Below are positions 20,698-32,200 of a DNA stretch of 64,000 nucleotides, in pieces. This DNA comes from Acidimicrobiia bacterium (GTDB lineage: Bacteria > Actinomycetota > Acidimicrobiia > Spongiisociales > ZC4RG35): contig CBDBCY010000004.1 of the NCBI GenBank assembly GCA_965203555.1, positions 2,400,001-2,464,000 of the forward strand. Reading direction: 5' to 3'. Numbering within the stretch: the stretch's first letter is position 1; each line of letters begins with the position of its first letter. The notes beneath the pieces were generated by a model that searched no databases, was not told the origin of the DNA, and saw only the letters and a list, made by a program, of their open reading frames with translations. The position numbers and the translations under genes were made by a program.

Positions 20698-21756
20698 ATG
20701 ACAGATCCTCCCGATTTCTTGACAGATCCTCCCGATTCTTCCTCCGCCCCTCCTTCGCGCCGGCCTCGGTGGCTCTCGTTGCTGTGGACGGCAGTGGCCC
20801 TGGCGGTACTGGCGCCTCTGGGTTGGTTGATAAATCTGCCTTACTTTTCGGCCTCGGCCGGTCCCACCGGCGATGCGGTGGACGCGGTGATCGTACAGGA
20901 GGGTTTCCGGACATTCCAGCCGGAGGGAGAGCTGCTGCTCCTCACCGTGAGTTTGCAGCCGGTCAATCTTTACGAAGCGACCGTGGCGTTCTTTGACCGT
21001 AGGATCGACCTGATCGAGAAGGAGTTGCTCCGGCCCCAGGGCGAGACGAACGAGGAGGCTCGCCAGCGGAGTCTTCGGGCGATGGAACGGTCCAAGGACA
21101 TCGCGGTAGCCGTGGCGCTCGCCGAACTGGGGTTGGAGCAGGACCTGGCCGCGGGAGTGGAGGTGGTGGGGGTATTTCGGGAGGCGCCGGCCTCCGAAAC
21201 CCTGGCCGACGGTGACCTGCTGGTGGAGATGGAATCGCAACCGATCCGGACGGTGGGGGACATCCGTACGATTCTGGAGAGCCGCACGCCGGGGGAGGAG
21301 GTGCAGGTGACGGTGATTCGGGGATCGGAACGGATACCGCTCAGTTTCGCCCTGCACTCCAATCCCGACTCGCCTGAGCGCGCCATGGTGGGCATCAGCG
21401 CATCGACCGCTTATCCCATCGAGATTGACTCCGCCAACTATGGCGGCCCCTCTGCGGGGATGATCTATACCCTGGCGGTGATAGATCTTCTGGAGGAGGG
21501 AAACCTCACCGACGGTAGGGTGGTGGCCGGCACCGGAACCATCGGTATGGACGGATCGGTGGGGGCCATCGGAGGTATCCGCCAGAAGCTGGTGGCGGCT
21601 GAGGCGGCCGGCGCCGATGTGGTGCTGGTGCCAACGGACAACTACGCTGAAGCAACCACTGCCCCGGTGGATGTTGAGATCGTGGCGGTCGAAACGATCT
21701 CCGACGCGGTAAGTTATCTTCGGGAAGGCAAGGCAGGGACAAAAGAGACACAATGA
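20698..21756 (+). CDS. PDZ domain / Lon-like (S16) protease, YlbL-like
   Basis: N-terminal TM, PDZ region, GGPSAG (Ser), AGTGTI..DG.VG.IGGI.QK (Lys). Confidence 0.88.
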   Translation: MTDPPDFLTDPPDSSSAPPSRRPRWLSLLWTAVALAVLAPLGWLINLPYFSASAGPTGDAVDAVIVQEGFRTFQPEGELLLLTVSLQPVNLYEATVAFFDRRIDLIEKELLRPQGETNEEARQRSLRAMERSKDIAVAVALAELGLEQDLAAGVEVVGVFREAPASETLADGDLLVEMESQPIRTVGDIRTILESRTPGEEVQVTVIRGSERIPLSFALHSNPDSPERAMVGISASTAYPIEIDSANYGGPSAGMIYTLAVIDLLEEGNLTDGRVVAGTGTIGMDGSVGAIGGIRQKLVAAEAAGADVVLVPTDNYAEATTAPVDVEIVAVETISDAVSYLREGKAGTKETQ

Positions 21757-22877
21757 ACTTTTCTTTCACAGAGGAACAAGAGGAACTGCGTCGCTACACG
21801 CGACAGTGGTTGGACCGCAACTGTGCGATGGAAACAGTGCGCCGACTCATGGACACAGAGCGCGGCTACGAACCTCGGCACTGGGAGGCGATTGCAGAGA
21901 TGGGTTGGCTGGCGATGGCCATTCCCGAGGAGTGGGGCGGTGCAGGTTTCAGCTTCCTCGAGTTGTTCGTGCTGCTGGAGGAGCAGGGAAGGACGCTGTT
22001 CTGCTCTCCTTTCCTTTCCACGGTGGTGATGGCGGCGGGGGTGGTGGAGGAGGCTGGTGACGAGGAGCAGAAGCGCAGGATACTCCCGGCGATTGCAGGG
22101 GGTGAGTTGATCGCCACGGTGGCGTTCAGCGAGCCGAACGGCCGGTGGGACTCCGAGGGAGTGACCGCTTCGGCCAGGCCCCGTCCCGGGGGAGGCTGGA
22201 CATTGAACGGGACCAAGAGTTTCGTCCTCGACGGGCATGTCGCCGATCTGGTGGTGGTGGCGGCCCGCACCGGTCGGGGTGTTTCCTTGTTCCTGGTCCC
22301 CGGTGAGGCAAAAGGCATGGATCGCAGGCGGCTGGACACAATGGACCAGACCCGAAAGCAGGCCCGGATCGAACTGCGAGACGTCGGGTTGGGCGCCGGG
22401 GCACTGTTGGGCGCCGATGGGGAGGGATGGCCGATTCTGGAGAGGATGATGCAGAAAGCAGTGGTGGCGCTTTCGGCGGAACAGGTGGGCGGTGCCCAGG
22501 CGTGCCTGGAGATGGCGGTCTCCTACGCTAAGGTCAGGAAACAATTCGGCCGTCCGATCGGCTCTTTTCAAGCCATCAAACACAAGTGCGCCGATATGCT
22601 GGCCCAGGTGGAGTCGGCCCGCTCTGCCGCCTATTACGCCGGCTGGGCGGTGAGCGAGGACAACGAGGAGCGGCCTTTGATGGCCAGTCTCGCCAAGTCG
22701 TATTGCTCGGAGGCCTACTTCGCCTCGGCGGCGGAGAACATCCAGATCCACGGCGGTATCGGTTTCACCTGGGAACATGACGCTCACCTGTATTTCAAGC
22801 GGGCAAAGAGTTCCGAATTGCTGTTCGGGGACCCTTCGCTGCACCGGGAGAAGATCGCGGATCAACTGGGTCTTTAG
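21753..22877 (+). CDS. Acyl-CoA dehydrogenase family protein
   Basis: MNFSFTEEQEELR, LNGTKSFV, RKQFGRPIGSFQAIKH, QIHGGIGFTWEHD. Confidence 0.92.
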   Translation: MNFSFTEEQEELRRYTRQWLDRNCAMETVRRLMDTERGYEPRHWEAIAEMGWLAMAIPEEWGGAGFSFLELFVLLEEQGRTLFCSPFLSTVVMAAGVVEEAGDEEQKRRILPAIAGGELIATVAFSEPNGRWDSEGVTASARPRPGGGWTLNGTKSFVLDGHVADLVVVAARTGRGVSLFLVPGEAKGMDRRRLDTMDQTRKQARIELRDVGLGAGALLGADGEGWPILERMMQKAVVALSAEQVGGAQACLEMAVSYAKVRKQFGRPIGSFQAIKHKCADMLAQVESARSAAYYAGWAVSEDNEERPLMASLAKSYCSEAYFASAAENIQIHGGIGFTWEHDAHLYFKRAKSSELLFGDPSLHREKIADQLGL

Positions 22878-22891
22878 CCCGCGATTCGCCG

Positions 22892-23353
22892 ATGTCCGGA
22901 TTCACCACAGTCGCCCTGGGCGGGTTGCTGGGCGCGGTCTTTCTTGCCTTGGTGGCAATCCTGCTGTGGCAGGAAGCCAAGCGCCGCCGGGCGTCAGGGG
23001 GGGCTGTCTATGTTGTCTCCGATGCGCTGGACCACATAAAGAGCAGTCTGGCGTCCGACATACGGCAGCGGTTGGGGAATGCCGGCATTCAGCGCATCGT
23101 CGAATGGGAGATCTACTACCTGCAGGGCTTGGCCCAAAAGAACCGTCGCCAACCGGTGGAAACGGTGGCGGGGGGTTCGCAATCCTCGATCGACTACATC
23201 CGCGAGCAGATTGCCAAGCGGCACGGCATCGAGATACCCTCAGATGACATCCGCGCAGTGTTGGAATTGGAAGCCGAGTACCTGCACAGCATCGGGGCGG
23301 TAGGGCAAAGGATCGGCCCCCTGGAGGAGTTGGCGGAAGAGGAGAGAGGTTGA
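22892..23353 (+). CDS. Hypothetical membrane-anchored protein
   Basis: N-terminal TM helix, C-terminal YLHSIGAVG, operon position. Confidence 0.65.
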   Translation: MSGFTTVALGGLLGAVFLALVAILLWQEAKRRRASGGAVYVVSDALDHIKSSLASDIRQRLGNAGIQRIVEWEIYYLQGLAQKNRRQPVETVAGGSQSSIDYIREQIAKRHGIEIPSDDIRAVLELEAEYLHSIGAVGQRIGPLEELAEEERG

Positions 23354-23356
23354 GAC

Positions 23357-23692
23357 ATGAGAGTCAGATGCGGCGCCTGCCGCTCCAGCGTCACGATTGC
23401 CCGTCCCGGCCGCTTTTCATGCCCGCATTGTGGGGCGATGAACCAGGTAAAGGGACCCGCGCCCGGTCCGGGAGGCCCCCCGCCGCCCGCCGGGGCGCCG
23501 CGCCCGGTACCCGGACCACCGCGCGGGTACCCGGGGGTTGAACCTGCCGGACCTCCGCCGCCTCCCCCGCCCGAGGCGCCCTCTCCCCGCATCCGTTGCC
23601 CCCAATGTTTGTTCAGCTTCATAGTGGGCCCGATCCAGACCGCCATCTGCCCCAACTGCCGGGCAGAGGTCCCGGTGTCGGGCGTCCACTGA
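23357..23692 (+). CDS. Double zinc-ribbon protein with a Pro-rich linker
   Basis: CGAC/CPHC and CPQC/CPNC pairs flanking a Pro-rich stretch; coupled to the next gene (TGATG). Confidence 0.65.
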   Translation: MRVRCGACRSSVTIARPGRFSCPHCGAMNQVKGPAPGPGGPPPPAGAPRPVPGPPRGYPGVEPAGPPPPPPPEAPSPRIRCPQCLFSFIVGPIQTAICPNCRAEVPVSGVH

Positions 23693-24606
23693 TGGAGTTG
23701 GGCGTCTCCCTGGTGGATCCACGCCTTTCTTCCCGGCAACTCACCGACGTCGTCGTGCGGGCCGAGCAACTCGGCTACCGGGCCGCTTGGACCAACGAGT
23801 CGGTCCACCGGGAGGCTTTCTCCACTTTGGCCGGGTGGGCGGCGGTCACCTCCCGAATCCGTCTGGCCACCGGGGTGGCGCCGGTGTACGTCCGTTCCCC
23901 CCTGGCGGCGATGATGGGCGCCGCGACCGTCGCCATGGCGGCCGGACCGGGCCGCATGGTGCTGGGAATCGGCTCGGGACGCCGGTCAGTTGCCCGTTGC
24001 CATTTTGGTTTCGACCTGTCTTCACCGCTGGAGGCGGTCTCCGATTATCTGAAGATCATCCGAGAACTCCGCCACCACCGAAGCGTCATCCACCACGGCA
24101 AGGTGTTCTCGGTGGAAGGAGCAAAGCTCGGGTTGCTCGCCGCCGGTCCGATCTGGACCGTGGTCGGCGCCCTGGGACCGCGCATGTTGGAATTGGCGGT
24201 AACCGAGGCCGACGGCGTGTTGCTCAACTGGTCGACGGCGGCTCATCTGCGTTCCACGGCCAAGTGGATACGCGAATTCGACCGGGGAGCGTCTTTTTTC
24301 CACATTGCCGCCTATGTTCGGGTGGCCGTCTCCTCCGACCCCGAAGCAGCCCGGCAGGCACTGGTGAAAGAACTGGGTTACTACCTTCGGCAACCGGCCT
24401 ACCGGCGGCATGTCCACCGGCAAGGGCTGGATCCCGACGATGTCTCCACGGCGGCCGACCACCTGGGAATCGCCGGCAATGCGAAGGAGTGCCGAGCCGG
24501 CCTGGACGCCTACCGTTCCTCGGGGTTGGACGAGTTGGTGATCCGCCCGGTTCCGGTGGGGGAGGAGGGGATCGGAGCTGCCGTGGAGGCGATGGCGCCT
24601 TCCTAG
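23692..24606 (+). CDS. LLM class flavin-dependent oxidoreductase
   Basis: AEQLGYRAAWTNE, TSRIRLATGV..RSP, GRMVLGIG, GALGPRML..A...ADGV. Confidence 0.88.
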   Translation: MELGVSLVDPRLSSRQLTDVVVRAEQLGYRAAWTNESVHREAFSTLAGWAAVTSRIRLATGVAPVYVRSPLAAMMGAATVAMAAGPGRMVLGIGSGRRSVARCHFGFDLSSPLEAVSDYLKIIRELRHHRSVIHHGKVFSVEGAKLGLLAAGPIWTVVGALGPRMLELAVTEADGVLLNWSTAAHLRSTAKWIREFDRGASFFHIAAYVRVAVSSDPEAARQALVKELGYYLRQPAYRRHVHRQGLDPDDVSTAADHLGIAGNAKECRAGLDAYRSSGLDELVIRPVPVGEEGIGAAVEAMAPS

Positions 24607-24757
24607 AAATAGAGCCTTAAAAACCAGATGACACCAGCGATCAATATGGCCAGACCAACGGCTGCCGAGGCAATAATCAGATACCGGGTGGGCACCCGGC
24701 CAATGATATTGGGGGGAGTAGATAAAATCATCAGCATGACGTACCCTGTTTTGTCCA

Positions 24758-26131
24758 ATGAGTGACTCCGAGTTCGACGTCCTGGTCCTGGGAGGGGGTC
24801 CGGGAGGATACGCCACCGCTCTCTACGCCCGCAACTTCGGGCTGTCGGTGGGACTGGTGGAGCAGGAAAAGCCCGGGGGGACCTGCCTGCTGCGGGGATG
24901 CATCCCGGCCAAGCAGTGGCTGCAGGTGGCGGAGGTGTTCACCACCGTAAAGAAAGCCGGGGACTTCGGGGTGCTGTCGTCCCAACCCGAGTTGGACTGG
25001 CCGGCGGCCCTGGCTCGCAAGGACCGGGTGGTCAACCAGTTGGTGTCCGGCCTTTCAGGTCTGCTCCGCCGAAGGGGGGTGAAGGTCGTCTCGGGTCGTG
25101 GGAGGCTTGCCGGGCCCGGGCGAGTGGAGGTGGAAGGGCGGGTATCACTTGGAGGCAGGGCGGTGGTCCTGGCAACCGGATCGCACGCCCGCACCATCCC
25201 CGGCTGGGAGATCGACGGCGAGCGAATAGTGACTTCCGATCATGCGGTGGACTGGGCTTCCCGGCCAGACCGGGTGGCAATCATCGGCGGCGGGGTGATC
25301 GGCTGCGAATTCGCATCACTTTTGGTGGATGTGGGTACGCAGGTGCATGTGTTCGAACTGGAGAAGCAGCTCATACCGGGGGGAGACACCGACGCCTCTC
25401 GCCAGTTGATGAGACAACTGGCCAAGCGGGGCGTGGAATTCTATTTGAAGACCGGGGTGGGTCCCGCCGAAACCACCGACAGCGGCGTCAAAGTCTCCTT
25501 TCGGGACCGCAGTGTTGAAGTGGATGTGGCGCTGGTGGCGGTGGGAAGGGGCCCCAACACCGATGGAGTGGGGTTGGAGACGGTGCGGGCCGAAGTGGAC
25601 CGGGGCTACGTCAAGGCCGATCCGGAAACCATGGAGACCGCCGAGCCCGGCCTGTTTGCGGTGGGGGATATCGTCGCCGGGACTCCCCAATTGGCACACG
25701 CGGCTTTTGCCGAGGGCATTGCGGCGGCCACCTACATCGCCACCGGAGAACCGGCGCCGGTCGATTACCGGGTGATTCCCAGAGTCACCTATACCCATCC
25801 GGAGGTGGCGGAGGTCGGCATCACCGCCGCCGAGGCCAAGGCGCAGGGGATGGAGGTTGAGATCACCAAGCATCCTTTTGGCGGTGTGGGACGGGCTCTC
25901 ATCATCGGCCAGAGCCAGGGTATGGTGAAGGTGGTGGCAGAAAAGGACGGTCCTCTGGTGGGAGCGGCGGTGGTGGGTCCGCAGGCCGGGGAGATGATCC
26001 ACGAACTTATGTACGCGGTGGGCTGGGAAGCGCTTCCGGACGAGGCCGCCGCGTTCATTCACGCCCATCCCACGCTGTCGGAGGCCGTGGGAGAGACGTT
26101 GTTGTCAGCCACGGGCCGCAGCCTGCACTGA
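24758..26131 (+). CDS. lpdA: Dihydrolipoyl dehydrogenase (E3)
   Basis: GGGPGGY, GGTCLLRGCIP, GGGVIGCE, HAHPTLSE. Confidence 0.93.
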   Translation: MSDSEFDVLVLGGGPGGYATALYARNFGLSVGLVEQEKPGGTCLLRGCIPAKQWLQVAEVFTTVKKAGDFGVLSSQPELDWPAALARKDRVVNQLVSGLSGLLRRRGVKVVSGRGRLAGPGRVEVEGRVSLGGRAVVLATGSHARTIPGWEIDGERIVTSDHAVDWASRPDRVAIIGGGVIGCEFASLLVDVGTQVHVFELEKQLIPGGDTDASRQLMRQLAKRGVEFYLKTGVGPAETTDSGVKVSFRDRSVEVDVALVAVGRGPNTDGVGLETVRAEVDRGYVKADPETMETAEPGLFAVGDIVAGTPQLAHAAFAEGIAAATYIATGEPAPVDYRVIPRVTYTHPEVAEVGITAAEAKAQGMEVEITKHPFGGVGRALIIGQSQGMVKVVAEKDGPLVGAAVVGPQAGEMIHELMYAVGWEALPDEAAAFIHAHPTLSEAVGETLLSATGRSLH

Positions 26132-26146
26132 CGGAAAGGAATCCTG

Positions 26147-27484
26147 ATGACCACCACCATCCCCATGCCACAGTTGGGGGAAACCATCACCGAGGGAACC
26201 CTCCTGCGGTGGGCAAAGCAGGTGGGTGACGCCATTTCCCAGGGCGAGGTGGTTCTGGAGATTTCCACCGACAAGGTGGACACCGAAGTCCCGTCGCCGG
26301 TGTCAGGCGTGATGTTGGAGATACTGGTGGAGGAGGGAGAGACGGTGGAGGTGGGAACCGACCTCTGTGTGGTGGGGGATTCCGAAGCGCAGGTTCCGGA
26401 GGAGGCGCCTGCTCCCCGGGTCGTCTCCGAACCTGTTGAAAAAACGCCGGCGGCAGAGGTTCCGCCGCAGGAGTCGCCCGCCGCGCCGGCGCCGGAGAGT
26501 TCCCAGGGAACCAGGGGCCGTTCCAAACGCCTGTCCCCGGTGGTTCGTCGCCTGGTGCGCCGGCACGGGTTGGACATTGAAATGATCGCAGGCACCGGCC
26601 AGGGAGGCAGGGTCACCCGCCGGGACGTGGAAGCGTATCTGGGGACAGTTCCCAGGCCATCGGCGCCGGCGCCTGCTCCCCGACCCGCAGTTGTGTCGCG
26701 GCCGGCGGTCGAGCCGGCAACCCCGCCTCCGGCGCCTGCACCGGTCCCTGCGGTAGCCCCCGCCCCTGAGGAGAGAACGGATCTGAGCAGGCTGCGGGTC
26801 CGGATCGGAGAGAACATGATCCGTTCCCGGCGGACCGCCGCTCACGTGTGGAGCGCCATGGAGGTTGACTACGAACCGGTGGCGGAGGTGCGCGCCGCCC
26901 ACAAGGAGCGTTTCAAGCGAGATCATGGGTTTTCGCTCACCTACCTGCCCTTTGTCTGCCGGGCCGCCATTGACGCTCTGCGGGCGTACCCGGTGGTGAA
27001 CAGTTCCTTCTATCTGGAGGAGCGCAAAGCCGAATACCACGATCGGGTGCACCTGGGGATAGCGGTCGATCTCGACCAGCAGGGTCTGGTGGTGGTGACC
27101 ATCAGGGACGCCGAGGATCTGCGGCTTGCCGGACTCGCCAGGCACATCCGGCAACTGGCCGCGGCCGCCCGCAATCGACAGTTGGGGCCCGATCAGATGA
27201 CCGGTTCCACCTTCACCATCACCAATCCCGGACCGTTCGGGTCGTACATGTCAGCGCCGATCATCAACGTTCCCAACGTCGCCATCCTCTCCACCGACAC
27301 GGTCGCCAAGCGGCCGGTGGTGGTGACCACCTCCGACGGCCGGGACGCCCTGGCCATCCGTCACACGGGATTCTTGGGGTTCTCGTGGGATCACCGGGCT
27401 TTCGACGGGTCGACGGCAGTCCTCTTCCTGCAGCGTGTTAAACACAATCTGGAGACTTGGGACTGGGAGCAGGAACTGAAGTGA
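26147..27484 (+). CDS. 2-oxoacid dehydrogenase E2 (dihydrolipoamide acyltransferase)
   Basis: Lipoyl domain [13 protein letters not shown]3-binding [23 protein letters not shown]. Confidence 0.9.
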   Translation: MTTTIPMPQLGETITEGTLLRWAKQVGDAISQGEVVLEISTDKVDTEVPSPVSGVMLEILVEEGETVEVGTDLCVVGDSEAQVPEEAPAPRVVSEPVEKTPAAEVPPQESPAAPAPESSQGTRGRSKRLSPVVRRLVRRHGLDIEMIAGTGQGGRVTRRDVEAYLGTVPRPSAPAPAPRPAVVSRPAVEPATPPPAPAPVPAVAPAPEERTDLSRLRVRIGENMIRSRRTAAHVWSAMEVDYEPVAEVRAAHKERFKRDHGFSLTYLPFVCRAAIDALRAYPVVNSSFYLEERKAEYHDRVHLGIAVDLDQQGLVVVTIRDAEDLRLAGLARHIRQLAAAARNRQLGPDQMTGSTFTITNPGPFGSYMSAPIINVPNVAILSTDTVAKRPVVVTTSDGRDALAIRHTGFLGFSWDHRAFDGSTAVLFLQRVKHNLETWDWEQELK

Positions 27485-29194
27485 CCCCGCCCGGCCGGAG
27501 TTCCGCCCTTCGCGTGCGATGGCTGGGTCGACTTCCCTATGCAGAGGCCTGGGATCTCCAGCGAGCCGTCTGGGAACGTCGGAGCGGAGGGTCGACCGCA
27601 GACGACTACCTGTTGCTGCTGGAGCATCCCCACGTCTACACGGTGGGACGGAGGGGGGACGGTTCCCATCTGCTGATCGGTCCCGACCGGCTCTCGGAGG
27701 TGGGAGCGGAGTTCTTCCGGGTTGATCGGGGAGGGGACATCACCTATCACGGTCCCGGACAATTGGTGGGGTATCCACTGGTAGGCGTCAAACCCGGTCG
27801 GGTGACAGACTATGTTCGCTCCTTGGAGAGGGCTTTGATCCTGACCCTCTCCGATCTGGGAGTGAGTTCATGGCGGGAGAGGGGTTTGACCGGGGTATGG
27901 ACCGAGCGTGGAAAGGTGGCGGCCATCGGGGTACGTGTCTCCCGGCGGGTCTCCATGCACGGTTTCGCCCTGAATCTGCATCCGCAAATGGACTATTTCG
28001 ACTATATCAATCCCTGCGGAATCACCAGCCGTCCGGTTACCTCGGTGACTGAGTTGGCAGGTCATCGAGTTTCGATCGAGGAGGCGGTGGAAGCTTTCAT
28101 TCCTCGTTTTGTCGAAGTCTTCGGGTACCCCGAGGCGGAAACCCAGTTGGCGGCCTTCGCCCGTGGCCAGGGCCGGACCAAAGAGTTCGAAGTGGACAGG
28201 TTGCTGCGGGAGGGAACCTTCTCTCCCGACCGGCCGGCGCCTGCCGTCTCCCGGCGGTCCAGGAGATTGCCGGGCGAACCGCCGCGCCCCCCGTGGCTGA
28301 GGGTGACCGCCCGGATGGACCCCGAGTACCTGGAACTGAAGAAACTGATGCGATCCTTGGACCTGAACACGGTGTGCGAGGAGGCGGGGTGTCCCAACAT
28401 CTACGAATGCTGGGGGATGGGGACCGCCACCCTGATGATCCTCGGTGATCGATGCACCCGCGCCTGCGGGTTCTGCAACGTCACCACCGGCCGCCCGGTG
28501 GGGCTTGACCTGGAGGAACCGTACCGGGCTGCCGAGGCCGTCTCCCGGATGGGCCTCAGTCATGCGGTGATCACTTCGGTGAATCGTGACGACCTTGCCG
28601 ATGGGAGGCTCCTCGGTGTTTGCCGCCACCATCCGGGAAACCCGCGCCGTGTCTCCCCGGACTGATATCGAGGTGCTGATCCCCGACTTCAAAGGCGACC
28701 GCCAAGCGCTCGCCACGGTCATGGAGCAGCACCCCGACGTTCTCAACCACAACACCGAGACGGTGGTGCGTTTGCAACGGGAGATCCGCACCTCTGCCAA
28801 TTACGGGCGATCGCTGGCGCTCTTGGCGCGGGCCAAGCGTCTCTACCCGGAGGGTCTGGTGAAGTCCGGCCTGATCGTGGGGATGGGGGAGACGCGCGCC
28901 GAGGTCATGGGCGCATTGGCGGATCTGCGGGCGGTGGGCGTCGACATCGTCACCATCGGGCAGTACCTGCGGCCCACTCCCCGGCACCGGCCGGTGCATC
29001 GCTACGTGCATCCCGACGAGTTCGAGGAATATCGGGCCTTCGGCGAGAGAGTAGGCATTCCGCACGTGGAGTCGGGACCGTTGGTTCGCTCCAGCTATCA
29101 CGCCAAGAGCGCCAAGCAGTCGGTCGCTCCGCCGTCGGTGGGGAGGACGCCGGTGGTGATCGGTCGTCGCTCTCCGGTTAGCGTCTCCTCATAA
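27481..29194 (+). CDS. lipA: Fused octanoyltransferase LipB - lipoyl synthase LipA with a +1 frameshift near 28603
   Basis: Lip[39 protein letters not shown]; Lip[21 protein letters not shown]; continues in the 28586-29194 frame ([24 protein letters not shown]). Confidence 0.88.
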
Positions 29195-29257
29195 TCGCCG
29201 AACGGGTCTAAGCTACATGATTGCGGCGCGGGTGGGGTCATCGAGACTGTTCCCACA

Positions 29258-32200
29258 TTGACGAGCTTTACCTTGGAAAACGATCGAAAAGACACAAGGC
29301 AGCGCTGGAGTTTGCGTCTCGCGGCTGGTCTGAGCGCAGTGTTTTTGCTGGTCGGGACAGCTATTCCCGTGCCGGCGGCGGAGTATCCCGGCGAGCCGCT
29401 GCGGATGGGTAGTCGAGGGCAGGCGGTCCGGGCGTGGCAGGCGGCGCTGGGGATTGCGGCCGACGGAAACTTCGGCGAGCAGACCAGGGAAGCCACCATC
29501 GCATGGCAGAACCGCAACGGTTTGACAGCAGACGGAATCGTGGGGCCCGCCTCCTGGAAAATCATGTTTCCCGACGCCACTATCGACCCCGACGACGTGA
29601 GGATAACCATCGCAGGCGCGGGCTACGGCCACGGAGTGGGCCTCACGCAGTACGGCGCCAAGGGGATGTCTCAGCAGGGTTACACGTCCACCCAGATTCT
29701 GGAGCACTTCTACCAGGGGTCATCTGTCGAGGACCTTTCCGACGCCATCCCCGGCTCCTGGGTGGTCACCGAGTCGATGCCGATCTGGGTGGGGATGAGA
29801 CAGAATCGCACCGAGTTCACCTTCGTGGTCAGCACCGGGCGGGTAAGGGTCTGTTTCGATGGGGATTACAACTCCTATCCGCTGCTGGTGGCCGGGGCCT
29901 CGCCGGATCGTGACAACACTTTCACCGGTCTCCTGATTACCAGGTTGGCGGACCTGGGATATTTGCAGGGAGCGCCTGAGACCTTCAACGAAACGGTCCG
30001 GGAGGCGGTGATCTCCTTCCAGGCGGCCCAGGGCCTGGAAGCGGACGGAGTGGTGGGGGGAGGTACCTGGCAGGCTCTTGTCCAGGGAAGCGGTCTCTCC
30101 GATTGCGCCGGGGCCTACTACCTGAACAGCGGGGAGGAGTTGGTGGTGACGGCCCAGGGGGACGGGTCCTGTTCCACCAATCTGGTGGGAGCGGTCTCGC
30201 AGTGCCGATTGAGCATTCAGGATCTGTCCGATGACAACCGGGTGGGTCTGCGGGGCCTCAATTACGGGGGCGAGATGACCCAATTCGTTCACGGTCGCAT
30301 CCGAGTACGCCCCAAAGGCGCAAGAATGCACTTTTCCATGCAAATGGACATAGAGGACTACGTGGCGGGTATCGCCGAGATCCCCACCGCCTGGATGGAT
30401 GCGGCCTTGGAGGCCCAGGCGATAGCGGCCCGGTCGTATGCGATTTATGCCATGCTGCGACGGGGTTCGGAGTCTTCTTTCAGTGATTCCCGGAAATCGG
30501 CCTGTTGGTGTCATGTGGTCAGCGACACCCGGGATCAGGTGTACGCGGGATGGAACAGGCAGATACAGAACGGCGGACGGTGGGAACTGGTGGGAGCGCG
30601 TCCCACCGCCGGCATGGTCGTGACCCATCCCGAGGAGGAACTCACGGTGGTCCAGGCCTTCTACTCTTCCTCCAGCGGAGGGGCCACAGAGGACTCCTCG
30701 GCGCTGTGGGGAACCGCCGGGCGGCCCTACCTCGTCTCGGTGGAGGATCCGTGGTCGATCGATCCGGCGGTCAACCCCGGCGCCTCCTGGTCCAAGAGCC
30801 TTTCGCTGTCTCAGTTGCTCGGAATCTATGACTTGGACGGCCGGTTCGATGACGTCATCTCGGTCACTACGGTTCCCTACCCGTGGGGAAGCGCCCAGTT
30901 CGTGAAAGTGGAGGGAATTCGAGGAGGGAGCAAAGTAGTCGAAAGGGGCTCGGCTTCGACCCTCAAGTCCTCTTTGCGGTTGAGATCGAGGTACTTTGAG
31001 ATCGACTATCTGGCCGACTGGTGGGCCCCGCCCCCGGCGCCCACCGGGGTGGAGGTAGCAGGTGGGAGGGCAGCCACGGTCAGCTGGGCGCCGGTTCCGT
31101 CGCGGTTCGCTCCGGAGAACTACACGGTGAGCGTCAGTCCCGCCCATGCCGATCCGATCACGGTGGAGGCTTCGCAGACCAGCGCAGTGTTCAGCGGCCT
31201 GAGCGCGGGAGTGGAGTACAGCTTCACGGTGACCGCCACCAATCAAGTCGGAACCGGTCCGTCCTCGGCGGCGACCGCGCCCAAGGTGGTGATCCCTGAG
31301 AATCCTTACCCCGGGGCGTCTCTTCGGGAAGGAGACCGCGGCGAGTCGGTGCGGGTCTGGCAGGGGGCACTCGGGATTACCGCCGACGGTGACTTCGGTC
31401 CGGCGACCACCGCCGCCACCCGTCAGTGGCAGCAGGCCAACGGTCTGGCTGTCGACGGGATCGTGGGGGAGGAGTCCTGGAACAAGATGTTCTCCTCGCC
31501 CCCGTCCGCCGAGACCCCCGATGAAACGGAGACCGAGGACGAGACGGAACCGGACCCCGAGCCGGAGGAGACCGGGTCGGACGTTCCCAGCTATCCGGGT
31601 TTCCTGTTGAGGGTGGGTAGCCAGGGCAAGTGGGTGAGGACCTGGCAGTCCGCCCTGGGGCTGCGCGCCGACGGCTATTTCGGATCGGACACGGCCCGGG
31701 CCACCCGGGAGTGGCAGCAGGCCAATGGTCTGGCGCCCGACGGGATAGTCGGCATGAAGAGTTGGCAGGCCATGTTTCCCGGCGCCGGGGTGGAACGACC
31801 CACGCCTCCGCCTGCTGTCGGAGATGAAGGCGATGATCTCCCGGAGCAGGAACCGGGCGCGGGGGTTCCCCCCTATCCGGGTAGCTCTCTCAAGGTCGGT
31901 TCGCAGGGTGCCGACGTGATCGTCTGGCAGCGGGCCCTGGGAATTGCGGCGGATGGGTATTTCGGTCCGGCCACCTTGTCCGCTACCAAGGCTTGGCAGT
32001 ACCGCCAGGGCCTGGTCGCCGACGGAGTCGTAGGCCTCAGTTCCTGGCTGAAGATGTTCCCCGGCGCAAAAGTGCAGGAGGGTGGTCCCCCGGCGCCGGA
32101 GGAAGGCGACGGCGACGGGCCGGCCGCTGAAGCGCCCCCCTATCCCGGCAGCCCCCTGAGAATGGGATCGCGCGGCGCCGACGTCGTGACATGGCAACGC

